Shown here: positions 46,859-55,962 of the stretch, one piece after another | How positions within the stretch are numbered: position 1 is the stretch's first letter | Layout: each line of letters begins with the position of its first letter | Assembly (NCBI GenBank): GCA_947484175.1 | Contig: CANKOI010000001.1 | Location: 19,752-83,751 of the forward strand | Direction: 5' to 3' | DNA from: Deltaproteobacteria bacterium | GTDB taxonomy: Bacteria; Myxococcota_A; UBA796; SXON01 | DNA: 64,000 nt | The notes under the pieces: model-generated | What the model was told of the DNA's origin: nothing | Databases searched by the model: none | The model's input: the letters and a program-made list of their open reading frames with translations, nothing else | Made by a program: the position numbers and the translations under genes

Positions 46859-47708
46859 GGTTCCTGAGCGCCGACTTCGTGAAGACCTGCTGAAGTTTGC
46901 ACACCTTTGCTACGAGCGGCACTTGCTGGTGGCGATGGACGGCAACCTGAGTGCGCGCTTGCCCGACGGCTCCATCCTCTGCACGAAGGCGGGCTGCCAC
47001 AAGGGCTTTTTGACCGACGACGATCTCGTCGTGATCGACATGCAGGGCCGAAGGCTCCGCGGCAGTGGCAGCCCCACCAGCGAAATGGCCATGCACCTCG
47101 CCTGCTACGAGGAGCGACCCGACTGCCAGGCCGTCATCCATGCACACCCGCCCATCTCGATCGCGTTCACGATTGCGAACGTGAGCATGGCGCGGTGTGT
47201 GCTCCCCGAGGTGGTGCTCACGCTCGGCACGGTGCCCACGGTGCCCTACGCCACCACCGGTACCCGCAAGCTCGCCGACGACATCCGGCCCTTCGTGCGC
47301 GAACACGACGCCATCCTGATGGACACTCACGGCGCCGTCTGTTTAGGCAGCAGTGTTCTCGAAGCCTTCTGTCGGCTCGAAACCGTGGAGCACACCGCCC
47401 TGATCACCAAGACCGCACGCGACCTTGGCGGGGCCAAAGAGCTCGACCCCGCCGAGGCGGTGCGGCTGCGCAGCATGGGGCTGAAGCGGTACGGCGGACC
47501 GCCGGCCGCCGTGGCGCGGGCCGACTCCACGGGCGCGGACCTCCCTGCGGCGTGCCTGGGCTGCTCGGGTTGCGCGAACCCGCATCCTCTGGGCATCGCG
47601 CCCGTCGCAAACCTGCGCTTGGCCCGGGTCGTTTCGCAGCCGCTGGCGACTTCGCCGCACGTCGAAGCCGCGATCGCCGCGGCCGTCGTCCGTTCGCTCA
47701 CGCGCTGA
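46857..47708 (+). CDS. Class II aldolase/adducin-family protein with C-terminal extension
   Basis: In-frame ATG 46857 (MVPERRLREDLLKFAHLCYERHLLVAMDGNLSAR). HLACYEERPDCQAVIHAHP metal-binding region. Confidence 0.75.
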   Translation: MVPERRLREDLLKFAHLCYERHLLVAMDGNLSARLPDGSILCTKAGCHKGFLTDDDLVVIDMQGRRLRGSGSPTSEMAMHLACYEERPDCQAVIHAHPPISIAFTIANVSMARCVLPEVVLTLGTVPTVPYATTGTRKLADDIRPFVREHDAILMDTHGAVCLGSSVLEAFCRLETVEHTALITKTARDLGGAKELDPAEAVRLRSMGLKRYGGPPAAVARADSTGADLPAACLGCSGCANPHPLGIAPVANLRLARVVSQPLATSPHVEAAIAAAVVRSLTR

Positions 47709-47713
47709 GCGGG

Positions 47714-48688
47714 ATGCGCTCCCTTGAACTTTCCATCCGGCTCGGGCGAACGCCGGTGCGACTCCGGGCCGTGCCGAGCGCCGTTCAGCCCCTGCCCAAC
47801 CGGTCGCTGGTGCTGCGCGACGACCTCGCGGGAACCGAGATCGGTGGTGGAAAACTGCGAAAACTTGAATGGCTCCTCGCCGAGAACGCCACGGGAGATG
47901 TGATCACGCTGGGGCCGGCTGGGGGGCTTCACCTGCTCAGCAGCGCCGTGGTAGGCCGCAAGCTGGGCTTGCGGGTGCACGCGGTGGCGTGGCCGCAGCG
48001 CTGGCTTCCCCTAGCGGAGGCCCAGCTTCGGGCAATGCACGCACACGCCGAGACGGTATGGCCATCACGAAGCCGCGCGCACGCGCTCGCGCGCCTCGCG
48101 CGGGTCTGGGCGACGGTGCGGGCGCAGTCCGGCGAAGCGCCTGCCATTTGGGGCCCGGGAGGCTCCGATGCGGCGGGTACGCTGGGGTGGGTGGAGGCCG
48201 CGCTCGAGCTGGCCGAGCGCGCAGCGAGCGGCGAGTTTGTGTTGCCCCCCCGCGTGGTCGTGGCCCAGGGGAGCGGTGGAACGGCGGCGGGACTGCAGGT
48301 CGGCCTGGCGCTCGCCGGCGTGGCCGTCGAGGTGCATACGCTGGACACCACCGGCTTCGGCGCTAGGTTGGTCAAGGCTCGGGTCGCCGCGGTCACGCGC
48401 CTCTTGGCTGCCCGAGGCCTCCGTGTCCCGCCGCTCCCTCCCCTCCGGGTCATCGCCGAAGGCTCGCCGTACGGTGAGCCCAGCGTGGCGGGCGGGAAAG
48501 CCGCCCTGTGGGCCGAGCGCGAGGGCTTCGGCGTAGAGCCCGTGTACAGCGGCAAAGCCCTCGCCTACGCCCTCCAGAGCGCCACCCCCTTCCTGTTCAT
48601 CAACTCCGGCAACGGCCTGCCCCTCGGGCCCCTCTTACGCTCCGCACTCCCCGTCCTCCCGGCCCGTCTGGCGGCGCTGTGGTGCTGA
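47714..48688 (+). CDS. PLP-dependent ACC deaminase / D-cysteine desulfhydrase family protein
   Basis: ATG 47714. GGGKLRKLEWLL corresponds to the GGNKxRKLE PLP-lysine motif. Later GSGGTAAG. Confidence 0.7.
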   Translation: MRSLELSIRLGRTPVRLRAVPSAVQPLPNRSLVLRDDLAGTEIGGGKLRKLEWLLAENATGDVITLGPAGGLHLLSSAVVGRKLGLRVHAVAWPQRWLPLAEAQLRAMHAHAETVWPSRSRAHALARLARVWATVRAQSGEAPAIWGPGGSDAAGTLGWVEAALELAERAASGEFVLPPRVVVAQGSGGTAAGLQVGLALAGVAVEVHTLDTTGFGARLVKARVAAVTRLLAARGLRVPPLPPLRVIAEGSPYGEPSVAGGKAALWAEREGFGVEPVYSGKALAYALQSATPFLFINSGNGLPLGPLLRSALPVLPARLAALWC

Positions 48689-49098
48689 TCCTGCTCGCCG
48701 CCTGCGCCGGCGGAGTCTCGCGGCAACCGGGCGCTTCGCCGCTCCCGCCCTTGCTCTACGTGGGCAGTGCGCCCTGCGCGGGGTGCCATGCCGCGGCTGG
48801 AGCGATCTGGGCGGCCAGCGCGCACGCCCACGCTCGGGACACACTCCGAGAGGCCCAACACGGCTTCGACTCCGAGTGCCTACCCTGCCACCAAACCGGA
48901 CTCGGGCACGCCGGCGGTTTCGACCATGTGGGCTGCGAAGCCTGCCACGGTCCCGCAAGCGCGCACCTCGCCTCCCCCTCCGCAGCGTACGGACTCCTGC
49001 CCAAGGGCGCCGACGCCTGTGTCGCCTGCCACACCCCCACGAACTCGCCCGACTTCGTGTTCGAGCCCTACTGGACCGCGATCGCTCACGGCCGATGA
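48679..49098 (+). CDS. Tetrahaem c-type cytochrome lipoprotein
   Basis: GTG 48679/48682 overlapping the upstream stop. VVLILLAAC lipobox. Four CxxCH motifs: CAGCH, CLPCH, CEACH, CVACH. Confidence 0.75.
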   Translation: MVLILLAACAGGVSRQPGASPLPPLLYVGSAPCAGCHAAAGAIWAASAHAHARDTLREAQHGFDSECLPCHQTGLGHAGGFDHVGCEACHGPASAHLASPSAAYGLLPKGADACVACHTPTNSPDFVFEPYWTAIAHGR

Positions 49099-49108
49099 GC
49101 CCAGACGA

Positions 49109-49369
49109 TTACTGCCCGTCTTCGCCGATCGCCTCTACCGGGCAGTTTTCGGCGGCCTCGCGACACTGGCTGAGCTCCGCCTCGTCTTCCGGCTGCTTGT
49201 AGCAGATGTCGTGATCCTCATCGTCGGACATGCGGAAGTTGTTGGGCGCCGCATCGGAACACACGGAGCAGAGGATGCACTCCTTGTCTACGAAGAACCC
49301 ATGCTTCTTCGTGTTGATGGTGCTCGTTCCTCCGACATTGTCTTCCCAACGGTTGGTCCAGTCCGCCAC
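49109..49369 (-). CDS. Small ferredoxin (single Fe-S cluster type)
   Basis: 86 aa, GTG start. CILCSVC....C-P pattern (CxxCxxC..CP). Confidence 0.7.
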   Translation of the reverse strand: MADWTNRWEDNVGGTSTINTKKHGFFVDKECILCSVCSDAAPNNFRMSDDEDHDICYKQPEDEAELSQCREAAENCPVEAIGEDGQ

Positions 49370-49437
49370 GATGCACCCCGAATGAGTGAGCGTGTAGCCC
49401 GTCCCGCTCCCGAGGCAAGGCGATCAAGGCTACGAGA

Positions 49438-49977
49438 ATGCGCATGGCCATCCTCCAGGTCGCCCGCATGGGCCATCCGATTCTTCGCCAGGTCTCCGAA
49501 CGGGTGGACGACGCCCAGTTCGAGGACCCGAACTTCCAACGGTTCTGCGACGACCTCTACGAATCAATGCTGGAGCACGACGGCTTGGGGCTCGCGGCGC
49601 CCCAGGTGTTTCGGAGCCTACGGGTGGTGGTCATCCAGCTCGACAGCGATGAGGAGGCGATGTTCCTCGCCAATCCAGAGATCACTCCGATCGGCGACGG
49701 TCAGGCGTTGGGGTACGAAGGCTGCCTCAGCGTGCCGGAGCTGCGAGGGCTGGTGGCGCGCGCCACGTCCATTCGGGTGAGCGCCCGCGATCGACACGGA
49801 AAACCCTTTCTCTTCGAAGCCCACGGGTGGGCGGCCCGCGTCGTGCAACACGAGTGCGACCACCTCGACGGCGTGCTCTACGTCGACCGTGCCGAGCCCC
49901 GCTCTCTGGCCTTTCTCAAGGAATATCGTAGGTTTGGGCCGCCGATCGTGATTGAGGGAGAGGAGGGAGAGGAATAG
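49438..49977 (+). CDS. def: Peptide deformylase
   Basis: GLGLAAPQV, EGCLSVP, HECDHLDG motifs. Confidence 0.95.
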   Translation: MRMAILQVARMGHPILRQVSERVDDAQFEDPNFQRFCDDLYESMLEHDGLGLAAPQVFRSLRVVVIQLDSDEEAMFLANPEITPIGDGQALGYEGCLSVPELRGLVARATSIRVSARDRHGKPFLFEAHGWAARVVQHECDHLDGVLYVDRAEPRSLAFLKEYRRFGPPIVIEGEEGEE

Positions 49978-50037
49978 CGCACACCTCGGGGGCTCCCTGC
50001 TCGCCGCCCCCTCCCGGGGGCCGCACGGAAAACGCTC

Positions 50038-50066
50038 TCGACACGTCAAGAGAAACACGGTACGAT
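50038..50066 (+). promoter_or_regulatory. Candidate promoter TCGACA-17-TACGAT upstream of the LysM gene
   Basis: TCGACA 50038-50043, TACGAT 50061-50066, about 45 nt upstream of the start. Confidence 0.25.
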
Positions 50067-50107
50067 CCTCCTCCCCGCCTGCGATTCCCACGCAGCTCCA
50101 CCGCTAG

Positions 50108-51076
50108 GTGAACCCCATGTCCGAAGCCCTCGCCGCCGACCTGACCTCCTTTGACGACGCGCCCCGCCCCGGCGCCAGCCCCGATGGCAATGCGCCGGCG
50201 CGCTTCGGAAAGGTGCTGGGCGATGCCGGGATCGAAGTCCCCAGCACGCTGTTCAACGAGTCGCTCGCGCTGGCCCGCGAAGGCCACCTCGGGCAGGCGC
50301 AGGCGCGCCTCCAGATGCTCCTCTGCCTCGACCCCGACGACGGGGACGCCCAGCTTCTGCTGGCCAAAGTCCATGGCGCACAGAACCGCTGGGGGGAAGC
50401 GCTCGCGCGTCTCGACGCCGCCGTAGCCAGCGGGGTGGTCCCCCCGGCGGGATTCCGCGAGGGCCTCGAAGGCCAGATCCGAGCGGAGCGGGGGCGTGAA
50501 GAAGAGCATCGCGCCCGCGTGGCGGCCCGCGAGCTCGGCGAGCTGAAGGCGCTGCGTCATGAGACACGTTCGCTGCGCGGCGAAACGATCCGGCTGGAAA
50601 CGGAGGTGGGCGAACACCTTGAGCGGGAGCGCGCTTGGAAGCTGGTGGCGCTCGCGGCGGGGCTGTTCGGCACCTTGGTGATCCTCTTCCTGCTGTTCAC
50701 CACCCCGCGGCCCGCCGCCCAGGTGGCGATGCCCGAGGCGCGCGAGGCGCTCTACACGGCCCCGGCGGCGGCCGCCCTCCAACCGGCGCTCCCCGAACCG
50801 GTGCCCCCCGAACCGACGCTCGCCGCCCTAGTGCCCGCCGACCTCGAGGCGCTTGCGGAGGCCATCCCCGTCACCAAGGTCGTGGTCGCCAACGCCGCCC
50901 CGCCCGTAGCGCCGAAGATGCACACGGTGAAGAAGGGCGAAACGCTCGGGAAGCTTGCCGCGAAGTACTACGGCAAGTCCTCCGCTTGGCAAAAGATCGC
51001 CGCAGCGAACCCTCAGGTGGGTCCGGACGGCGCCAAGCTCTCGGTGGGCATGACGCTCACCATCCCCACCAAGTAG
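50108..51076 (+). CDS. LysM-domain membrane protein with TPR-like N-terminal region
   Basis: GTG 50108 or ATG 50117. One TM (LVALAAGLFGTLVILFLLF). C-terminal LysM HTVKKGETLGKLAAKYYG..WQKIAAANP..LSVGMTLTIP. Confidence 0.8.
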   Translation: MNPMSEALAADLTSFDDAPRPGASPDGNAPARFGKVLGDAGIEVPSTLFNESLALAREGHLGQAQARLQMLLCLDPDDGDAQLLLAKVHGAQNRWGEALARLDAAVASGVVPPAGFREGLEGQIRAERGREEEHRARVAARELGELKALRHETRSLRGETIRLETEVGEHLERERAWKLVALAAGLFGTLVILFLLFTTPRPAAQVAMPEAREALYTAPAAAALQPALPEPVPPEPTLAALVPADLEALAEAIPVTKVVVANAAPPVAPKMHTVKKGETLGKLAAKYYGKSSAWQKIAAANPQVGPDGAKLSVGMTLTIPTK

Positions 51077-51078
51077 CG

Positions 51079-51639
51079 TCAGCGCTCAGCCAGCAGCAGG
51101 TCGAGGTAGGCCTCCACTTGCCCCGGCTCTTTGGGGTCGGGGTAGGCACGAATGGTGGCCGTCGCGTCGACGAGAACGAAACGACTGCCGTGCAGAACGG
51201 TCTCCGGAGTGGTCCCGGAGGCGGGCGCCCGCTCCATCAGCTGCTTCAAGCCCCCGACCACCACCGCCTTCATCTCGGTCGTTTCGCCCGTGAGGAACAG
51301 CCACGTGGGGTGCACGGCGTCGAACCGTGCCGCGTAGCGGCTCAGCACGTGGGGGGTGTCGGTGACGGGATCCACGCTGAACGAGACGAAGCGGAGATCG
51401 GGTTCGTGGCGGTATTTCGCGGCCACTGACGACAGCCGGGCCGACAGCGTGGGGCAGATGTCCGGACAACTGGTGAACATGAAGTCGGCCACCCACAGCT
51501 TCCCGTCGAGGGCCGCGCGCGTGACAGGCACGTCGGTCTGGTCGCGCAACGAAAACTCGGGCACCGTGCCGAGGGATTCGAGTCGCAAGGCCGGAGCGGG
51601 GGGGGCTCCCGTGCAGGCAGCAAAAAACAGGAACGTCAT
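51079..51639 (-). CDS. SCO1/SenC-family copper chaperone lipoprotein
   Basis: MTFLFFAAC lipobox. CxxxC as FTSCPDICP, plus a conserved His region. Confidence 0.85.
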   Translation of the reverse strand: MTFLFFAACTGAPPAPALRLESLGTVPEFSLRDQTDVPVTRAALDGKLWVADFMFTSCPDICPTLSARLSSVAAKYRHEPDLRFVSFSVDPVTDTPHVLSRYAARFDAVHPTWLFLTGETTEMKAVVVGGLKQLMERAPASGTTPETVLHGSRFVLVDATATIRAYPDPKEPGQVEAYLDLLLAER

Positions 51640-52847
51640 GGAAGTTTGGCCAGGGCCTTTTGAGCCGCAGAGTTGTCGGAGACACGGACCGCCTCGGTGT
51701 AGGCCGCGCGGGCATCTTCCACGCGAGACTCACGCGCGTAGAGCAGACCCAGCCGATACCACGCTTGGCCGCGGTAGTCCGGCTGCACCTCTGGAAAGCC
51801 CACATACCGCTTGAAGGAAGCTTCGGCTTCAGGGAACGCTCGCTTTCGCGCGTACACCACGCCTAGGTGGTAGTGGGTGCGCTGGTTGTCGGGCGCGACC
51901 GTAAGCACCTCCTGGTACATCTTCACGGCTTCGTCGTAGCGGGCCATGCTGGTGAGCACCCGACCGGCGGTGAGGTTGTTGATCACGTTGTCGGGGTACT
52001 TCAGCCGTCCGTACATCACTCGCCCGAGCGCGTTGCGCAGGTCGTTGTCCTCGATGTAGCTGTAGGTGAGCGCGAGGGTGGCGGCCGGGCCCATCAGCAC
52101 CCCGTCCTTCTCGACTCGGCGAATGAGATCCTTGCCGGCCGCCCGATCATCGGCACCGTCAGGGATGAGTGCCGTGGTCCTCGCCACCACGGTCCGCCAG
52201 TACATGTACATTCCGTCGCCCATCAACGGGTCGACGAAGTCCGGAGCCGCCCGTTTGGCCTCGACCAGGGAGGTGACACAGTCGTACCCGTGGCCGATGG
52301 CGGAGAGGAACTGCCCTCGCCGCATGTCGTGAATTCCCTGAATGCCCGACATGCCGGCTTGGAGAAAGTACTCGATGGGCTCGTTGCCAGGGCTGCGGAG
52401 GCCCTCGGAGATCTGAGCCAAGGCGGCGCTGTGTGCGGCCCGGTACTCCTGCTCGTATCGAAAGTCGAAGTTTTCGAACATCAAGGCCTGATAGATCACG
52501 GCCATCCCTGCAGGACCGATGCCGGTCGTGGGCGAGTCGACGGTGAGCGCCTCCAGCTCGCGCTTGGCGTCTTTGTACTTCCGGGCGTAGATGAGGTCGA
52601 CAGCGCGGCGGCAGCGGTCGGCGAAGACAATGTCGACCTTCAACACCTCGGCCGCCGCGTACGAGAGCGCCGGGTAGGCGAGGCCGCCTGAGTCCACCAC
52701 GATGGGCGGCGGCAGATCGAGCGGCAGCTCTCCCGCCGGCGTGGCCACTCCTCCCACCGTGTTCTCTCGGAGCGCGTCGGACGGATCCTCTCCGGCCAGC
52801 GCAGCTCCGAACACCGTCAAGCCCACGAAGAAGGAGGGAAAGCTCAC
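51636..52847 (-). CDS. TPR-repeat protein (secreted)
   Basis: GTG start overlapping the gshB stop (GTGA). Signal FFVGLTVFGAALAG. C-terminal TPR motifs (AWYRLGLLYA, YHLGVVYA). Confidence 0.7.
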   Translation of the reverse strand: MSFPSFFVGLTVFGAALAGEDPSDALRENTVGGVATPAGELPLDLPPPIVVDSGGLAYPALSYAAAEVLKVDIVFADRCRRAVDLIYARKYKDAKRELEALTVDSPTTGIGPAGMAVIYQALMFENFDFRYEQEYRAAHSAALAQISEGLRSPGNEPIEYFLQAGMSGIQGIHDMRRGQFLSAIGHGYDCVTSLVEAKRAAPDFVDPLMGDGMYMYWRTVVARTTALIPDGADDRAAGKDLIRRVEKDGVLMGPAATLALTYSYIEDNDLRNALGRVMYGRLKYPDNVINNLTAGRVLTSMARYDEAVKMYQEVLTVAPDNQRTHYHLGVVYARKRAFPEAEASFKRYVGFPEVQPDYRGQAWYRLGLLYARESRVEDARAAYTEAVRVSDNSAAQKALAKLP

Positions 52848-53782
52848 GTACGGGATTCCCAGCGGCGCACCGCCGCGTCGAGCAGGCGAGCCTCAAGCAC
52901 GACCCCATCGAAGGCGTTGATCTCTTGCAGGCCCGTTGGGCTCGTCACGTTGATTTCGGTGAGCCAGTTCCCGATCACGTCGATCCCTACGAACAGCATG
53001 CCCTCAGCGCGGAGCGTTGGCCCGATCCGCGCACAAATCTCGTGTTCCCGCGCCGTGAGGGTGGTGGCGTGGGCCGTGGCCCCGACATGCAGGTTGCCGC
53101 GGTGGTCTCCCGGCCCGGGCACCCGGAGCACGGCGCCAGCGGGCTCTCCGTCGATGAGGATGATTCTCTTGTCGCCCTGCACGATCTCGGGAAGGTAGCG
53201 CTGAGCGAGGATGTAGCGCCGGCCTTCGTCGCTGAGCACTTCGATCATGGAACGTAAGTTGGGGTCGCCCGCTCGCGTCACCAACACCCCGCGCCCGCCG
53301 TTTCCGTCCCACGGCTTGAGCACCACCCGGTCGGGTTGGGAAGCCACGAACTCCACGATTCGCCGCACGTCGGCGCTGATGAGCGTCGGGGGTGTCAGGT
53401 CCGTGAGCGCCGCAGCGAACAGCTTTTCGTTGCGGGCGCGCAGGGCAGCCGGCGCGTTGAGTACGACGGTATCCACACCCACGAGATCGAGCAGGTACGT
53501 GGAAAAGATGTAGCTCATGTCGAACGGAGGGTCCTTCCGCATCCACACCAGCTGAAAACTCGAGAGCTCCTGTTCCGCCCATTCGGCCGGCTCGAAACCA
53601 GCCACGGTGGTCACCACGCGTTGGCAGCGCGCCTTCGTTCGCCCGCCCTCCGCCCACATCCAGCTCGGGTGGCACCACCAAACCTCCCAGCCGCGACGGC
53701 TGCTCTCCCGCATCAGTGCGTAGGTGGAATCGCCCGCAATGTTGATCGAGCCGATCGGGTCCATCACAAAAATCGAACGCAT
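52844..53782 (-). CDS. gshB: Glutathione synthetase (ATP-grasp)
   Basis: Colinear with E. coli GshB: VMDPIGSINI..DST, MRKDPPFD, NEKLF, KPWDGNGG, GDKRIILIDGEP, RGNLHVG, EINVTSPTG. Confidence 0.9.
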   Translation of the reverse strand: MRSIFVMDPIGSINIAGDSTYALMRESSRRGWEVWWCHPSWMWAEGGRTKARCQRVVTTVAGFEPAEWAEQELSSFQLVWMRKDPPFDMSYIFSTYLLDLVGVDTVVLNAPAALRARNEKLFAAALTDLTPPTLISADVRRIVEFVASQPDRVVLKPWDGNGGRGVLVTRAGDPNLRSMIEVLSDEGRRYILAQRYLPEIVQGDKRIILIDGEPAGAVLRVPGPGDHRGNLHVGATAHATTLTAREHEICARIGPTLRAEGMLFVGIDVIGNWLTEINVTSPTGLQEINAFDGVVLEARLLDAAVRRWESRT

Positions 53783-53791
53783 GCCCCCCCT

Positions 53792-55069
53792 TTACTTGCC
53801 GATGCAGAAGCGTGCGAACAGGCGATCGAGCACCGCCTCCCGCACGGTGGAACCGCTGAGTTCCGCCAGAGCCTCCAACGCGGCGTAGCCCAGCTCCACC
53901 GCTACGGCCGCCCCCGCGTGCGGCAGCACGTTGGCCGCCTCTTGGAGGGAACGCCCCACCCGAGCCAACAGCTCCGCCTGCCGCGCGCTGGTCAGCACCA
54001 CCTCCGCGCTACCCGGCGCCTCGCCGCGAAGCGCGACGAGGATGGCCCCGCGCACGGCGTCCATCCCTTCCCCCGTGAGCGCAGACACGGCCAAGACTCC
54101 GGAAGGAGGCGCGCCCACATCGCACATCGTGCCCACCCGCAGCTCCCCTTCTCGTTCCGCAGGCGTCCTCGCGCCCGGCGGGATGCAGCGCACCACGAGG
54201 TCGGCGCCGCGGGACTCCACACGCGCCTGTTCGATGCCTTCGGCCTCGATCGCGTCGGTAGCCTCACGCTCCCCTGCGGTATCGACCAGGGTGAGCCTCG
54301 CGGCCTCAAGCTGCAGCGGGGACTCCACTGCGTCACGGGTGGTGCCGGCCTGCGGGGAGACGATCGCGCGCTGTCGCCCGAGCAGCGCATTGAACAGACT
54401 CGACTTTCCCGCGTTCACCGGCCCCGCGAGCACCACGCGGGCGCCTTCGACCGCCACCCGCCCGGCGCGCCATGAGTCGGCCAGGCGAGCCGCCTGAACG
54501 GCCAAACGGTGCAGCCTCTCTGCCAGCGCACCATCGCTGCCTACGAGCAGGTCCTCGCCCGGGTAGTCGAGCACCGCTTCGAGCTCCGCGCACACGTCGA
54601 TCAGCTCGGCGCGAAGCGACTCCACGGCCTCGTGGAGTCGACCGTCGAGACCCCCACGGGCGAGCTCGATCCCCACGCCCGAGCGCGCCTCGATGGTGGC
54701 GAGCACGGCCTCCGCGCGTAGGAGGTCCATGCGGCCGGCGAGAAAGGCCCGACGGGTGAACTCGCCGGGGCGCGCGAGGCGAGCGCCCAGCGCGCGCAGC
54801 AGCCGCTCCACCAAGAGGGGGTTGCCGTGCCCGGCCAGCTCGACCACGTCCTCGCCGGTGTAGCTGCGCGGCCCCGGGAACACGGTCACCACGCCCTCGT
54901 CGAACACGCCCGCCTCGTCACGGAAGCGGCGCAGGCCGGCCCGTCGGGGGGCTGGCAATTCGCCGACCACCTGAGCCGCAAGCTCCTGCGCCTCTGGACC
55001 CGACAGGCGCACGACGGCAATCGCCGCGTGCCCCCACGCCGTGGCGCAGGCCGCGATCGTGTCGTTCAC
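53792..55069 (-). CDS. mnmE: tRNA modification GTPase MnmE
   Basis: GTG start after GAGGA. DTIAACAT, G1 GPVNAGKS, G2 GTTRD, G3 DTAG, C-terminal FCIGK. Confidence 0.9.
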   Translation of the reverse strand: MNDTIAACATAWGHAAIAVVRLSGPEAQELAAQVVGELPAPRRAGLRRFRDEAGVFDEGVVTVFPGPRSYTGEDVVELAGHGNPLLVERLLRALGARLARPGEFTRRAFLAGRMDLLRAEAVLATIEARSGVGIELARGGLDGRLHEAVESLRAELIDVCAELEAVLDYPGEDLLVGSDGALAERLHRLAVQAARLADSWRAGRVAVEGARVVLAGPVNAGKSSLFNALLGRQRAIVSPQAGTTRDAVESPLQLEAARLTLVDTAGEREATDAIEAEGIEQARVESRGADLVVRCIPPGARTPAEREGELRVGTMCDVGAPPSGVLAVSALTGEGMDAVRGAILVALRGEAPGSAEVVLTSARQAELLARVGRSLQEAANVLPHAGAAVAVELGYAALEALAELSGSTVREAVLDRLFARFCIGK

Positions 55070-55080
55070 CGCATCCTCGC

Positions 55081-55962
55081 CTACTCGGCAGCGCTTTCGC
55101 CGCCCGCGGACTGGAAGATCTCCACGCGACGGTCGGAGCCTTCCCCGACAGAGCGCGAGGCCACGCCGGCCATCTCTTGGATTTCCAAATGCACAAGGCG
55201 GCGGTCGAAGCTGTTCAGCTCACGGCGAATCATCTCGGGCTCTCCGGTTTCACGCACCTTCTCAGCCAGCTTTCGGGCGAGGGCGCGCAGCGCGTCGGCA
55301 TCCTGCCGACGCGGGCGGTCGTCGCGAAACCCTCCCGGGCGGGGGCCGCGGTCATCGCCCGGGCCGCGGTCGTCGCGACGGGGGCCGCGGTCATCGCGCG
55401 GGCCGCGGTCATCGCGCGGGCCGCGGTCGTCGCGACGGGGGCCGCGGTCATCGCGCGGGCCGCGGTCGTCGCGGGGGCCGCGGTCGTCGCGCGGGCCACG
55501 GTCGTCGCGCCGCTCGCCGCCGTCGTCGTTGCGCGCGATGTCGATCCGGAACTCAGCGCCTGGAAACGGCCCCCCCACGTTCCGCTCGAGGAGGTGCTGG
55601 ATCGCGCGAAGCGTGGTGCCCTGACGGCCCACGAGGTGGCGCGCGCCCTCGCCCGCGTCCACATAGACCACTGCGGCCTCACCCCGCATGTCGGCACGCA
55701 CGGTAGCGGTGCGCCCCATGCTGTCGAGGAGCCCGCGAACCCAGGCTTCGGCCGCCATGGCGGGAGCCACGCTGGCCATGTCCTTCGCCCACGCGAAGAT
55801 TTTGACGGTTGCGGCACCCGAGGTGCCAGAGGCCTTGAAATGGGCGAGGTCGAGCTTGTGCTCCACCGCGTTGAGCGGCACGCCGAGCTCCGCGGAGGCG
55901 GCCTCGCGAGCGGCAAGGAGGGTGCGGCCTTCGGCGACGACGTGGTTCTCAGGTAGCGACAT
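55081..55962 (-). CDS. jag: Jag/KhpB-type RNA-binding protein (Jag_N-KH-R3H) with RG/D-rich repeat insertion
   Basis: ATG 55962. KH GRQGTTLRAIQHLL, R3H RRLVHLEI. Sits in the yidC-jag-mnmE synteny. Confidence 0.85.
   Translation of the reverse strand: MSLPENHVVAEGRTLLAAREAASAELGVPLNAVEHKLDLAHFKASGTSGAATVKIFAWAKDMASVAPAMAAEAWVRGLLDSMGRTATVRADMRGEAAVVYVDAGEGARHLVGRQGTTLRAIQHLLERNVGGPFPGAEFRIDIARNDDGGERRDDRGPRDDRGPRDDRGPRDDRGPRRDDRGPRDDRGPRDDRGPRRDDRGPGDDRGPRPGGFRDDRPRRQDADALRALARKLAEKVRETGEPEMIRRELNSFDRRLVHLEIQEMAGVASRSVGEGSDRRVEIFQSAGGESAAE
55339..55511 (-). repeat. In-frame 18/21-bp tandem repeat encoding (R)DDRGPR about 9 times
   Basis: Recurrent gggccgcggtc(a/g)tcgcg units on the plus strand. 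Protein RDDRGPRDDRGPRDDRGPRDDRGPRRDDRGPRDDRGPRDDRGPRRDDRGPGDDRGPR. Confidence 0.85.
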
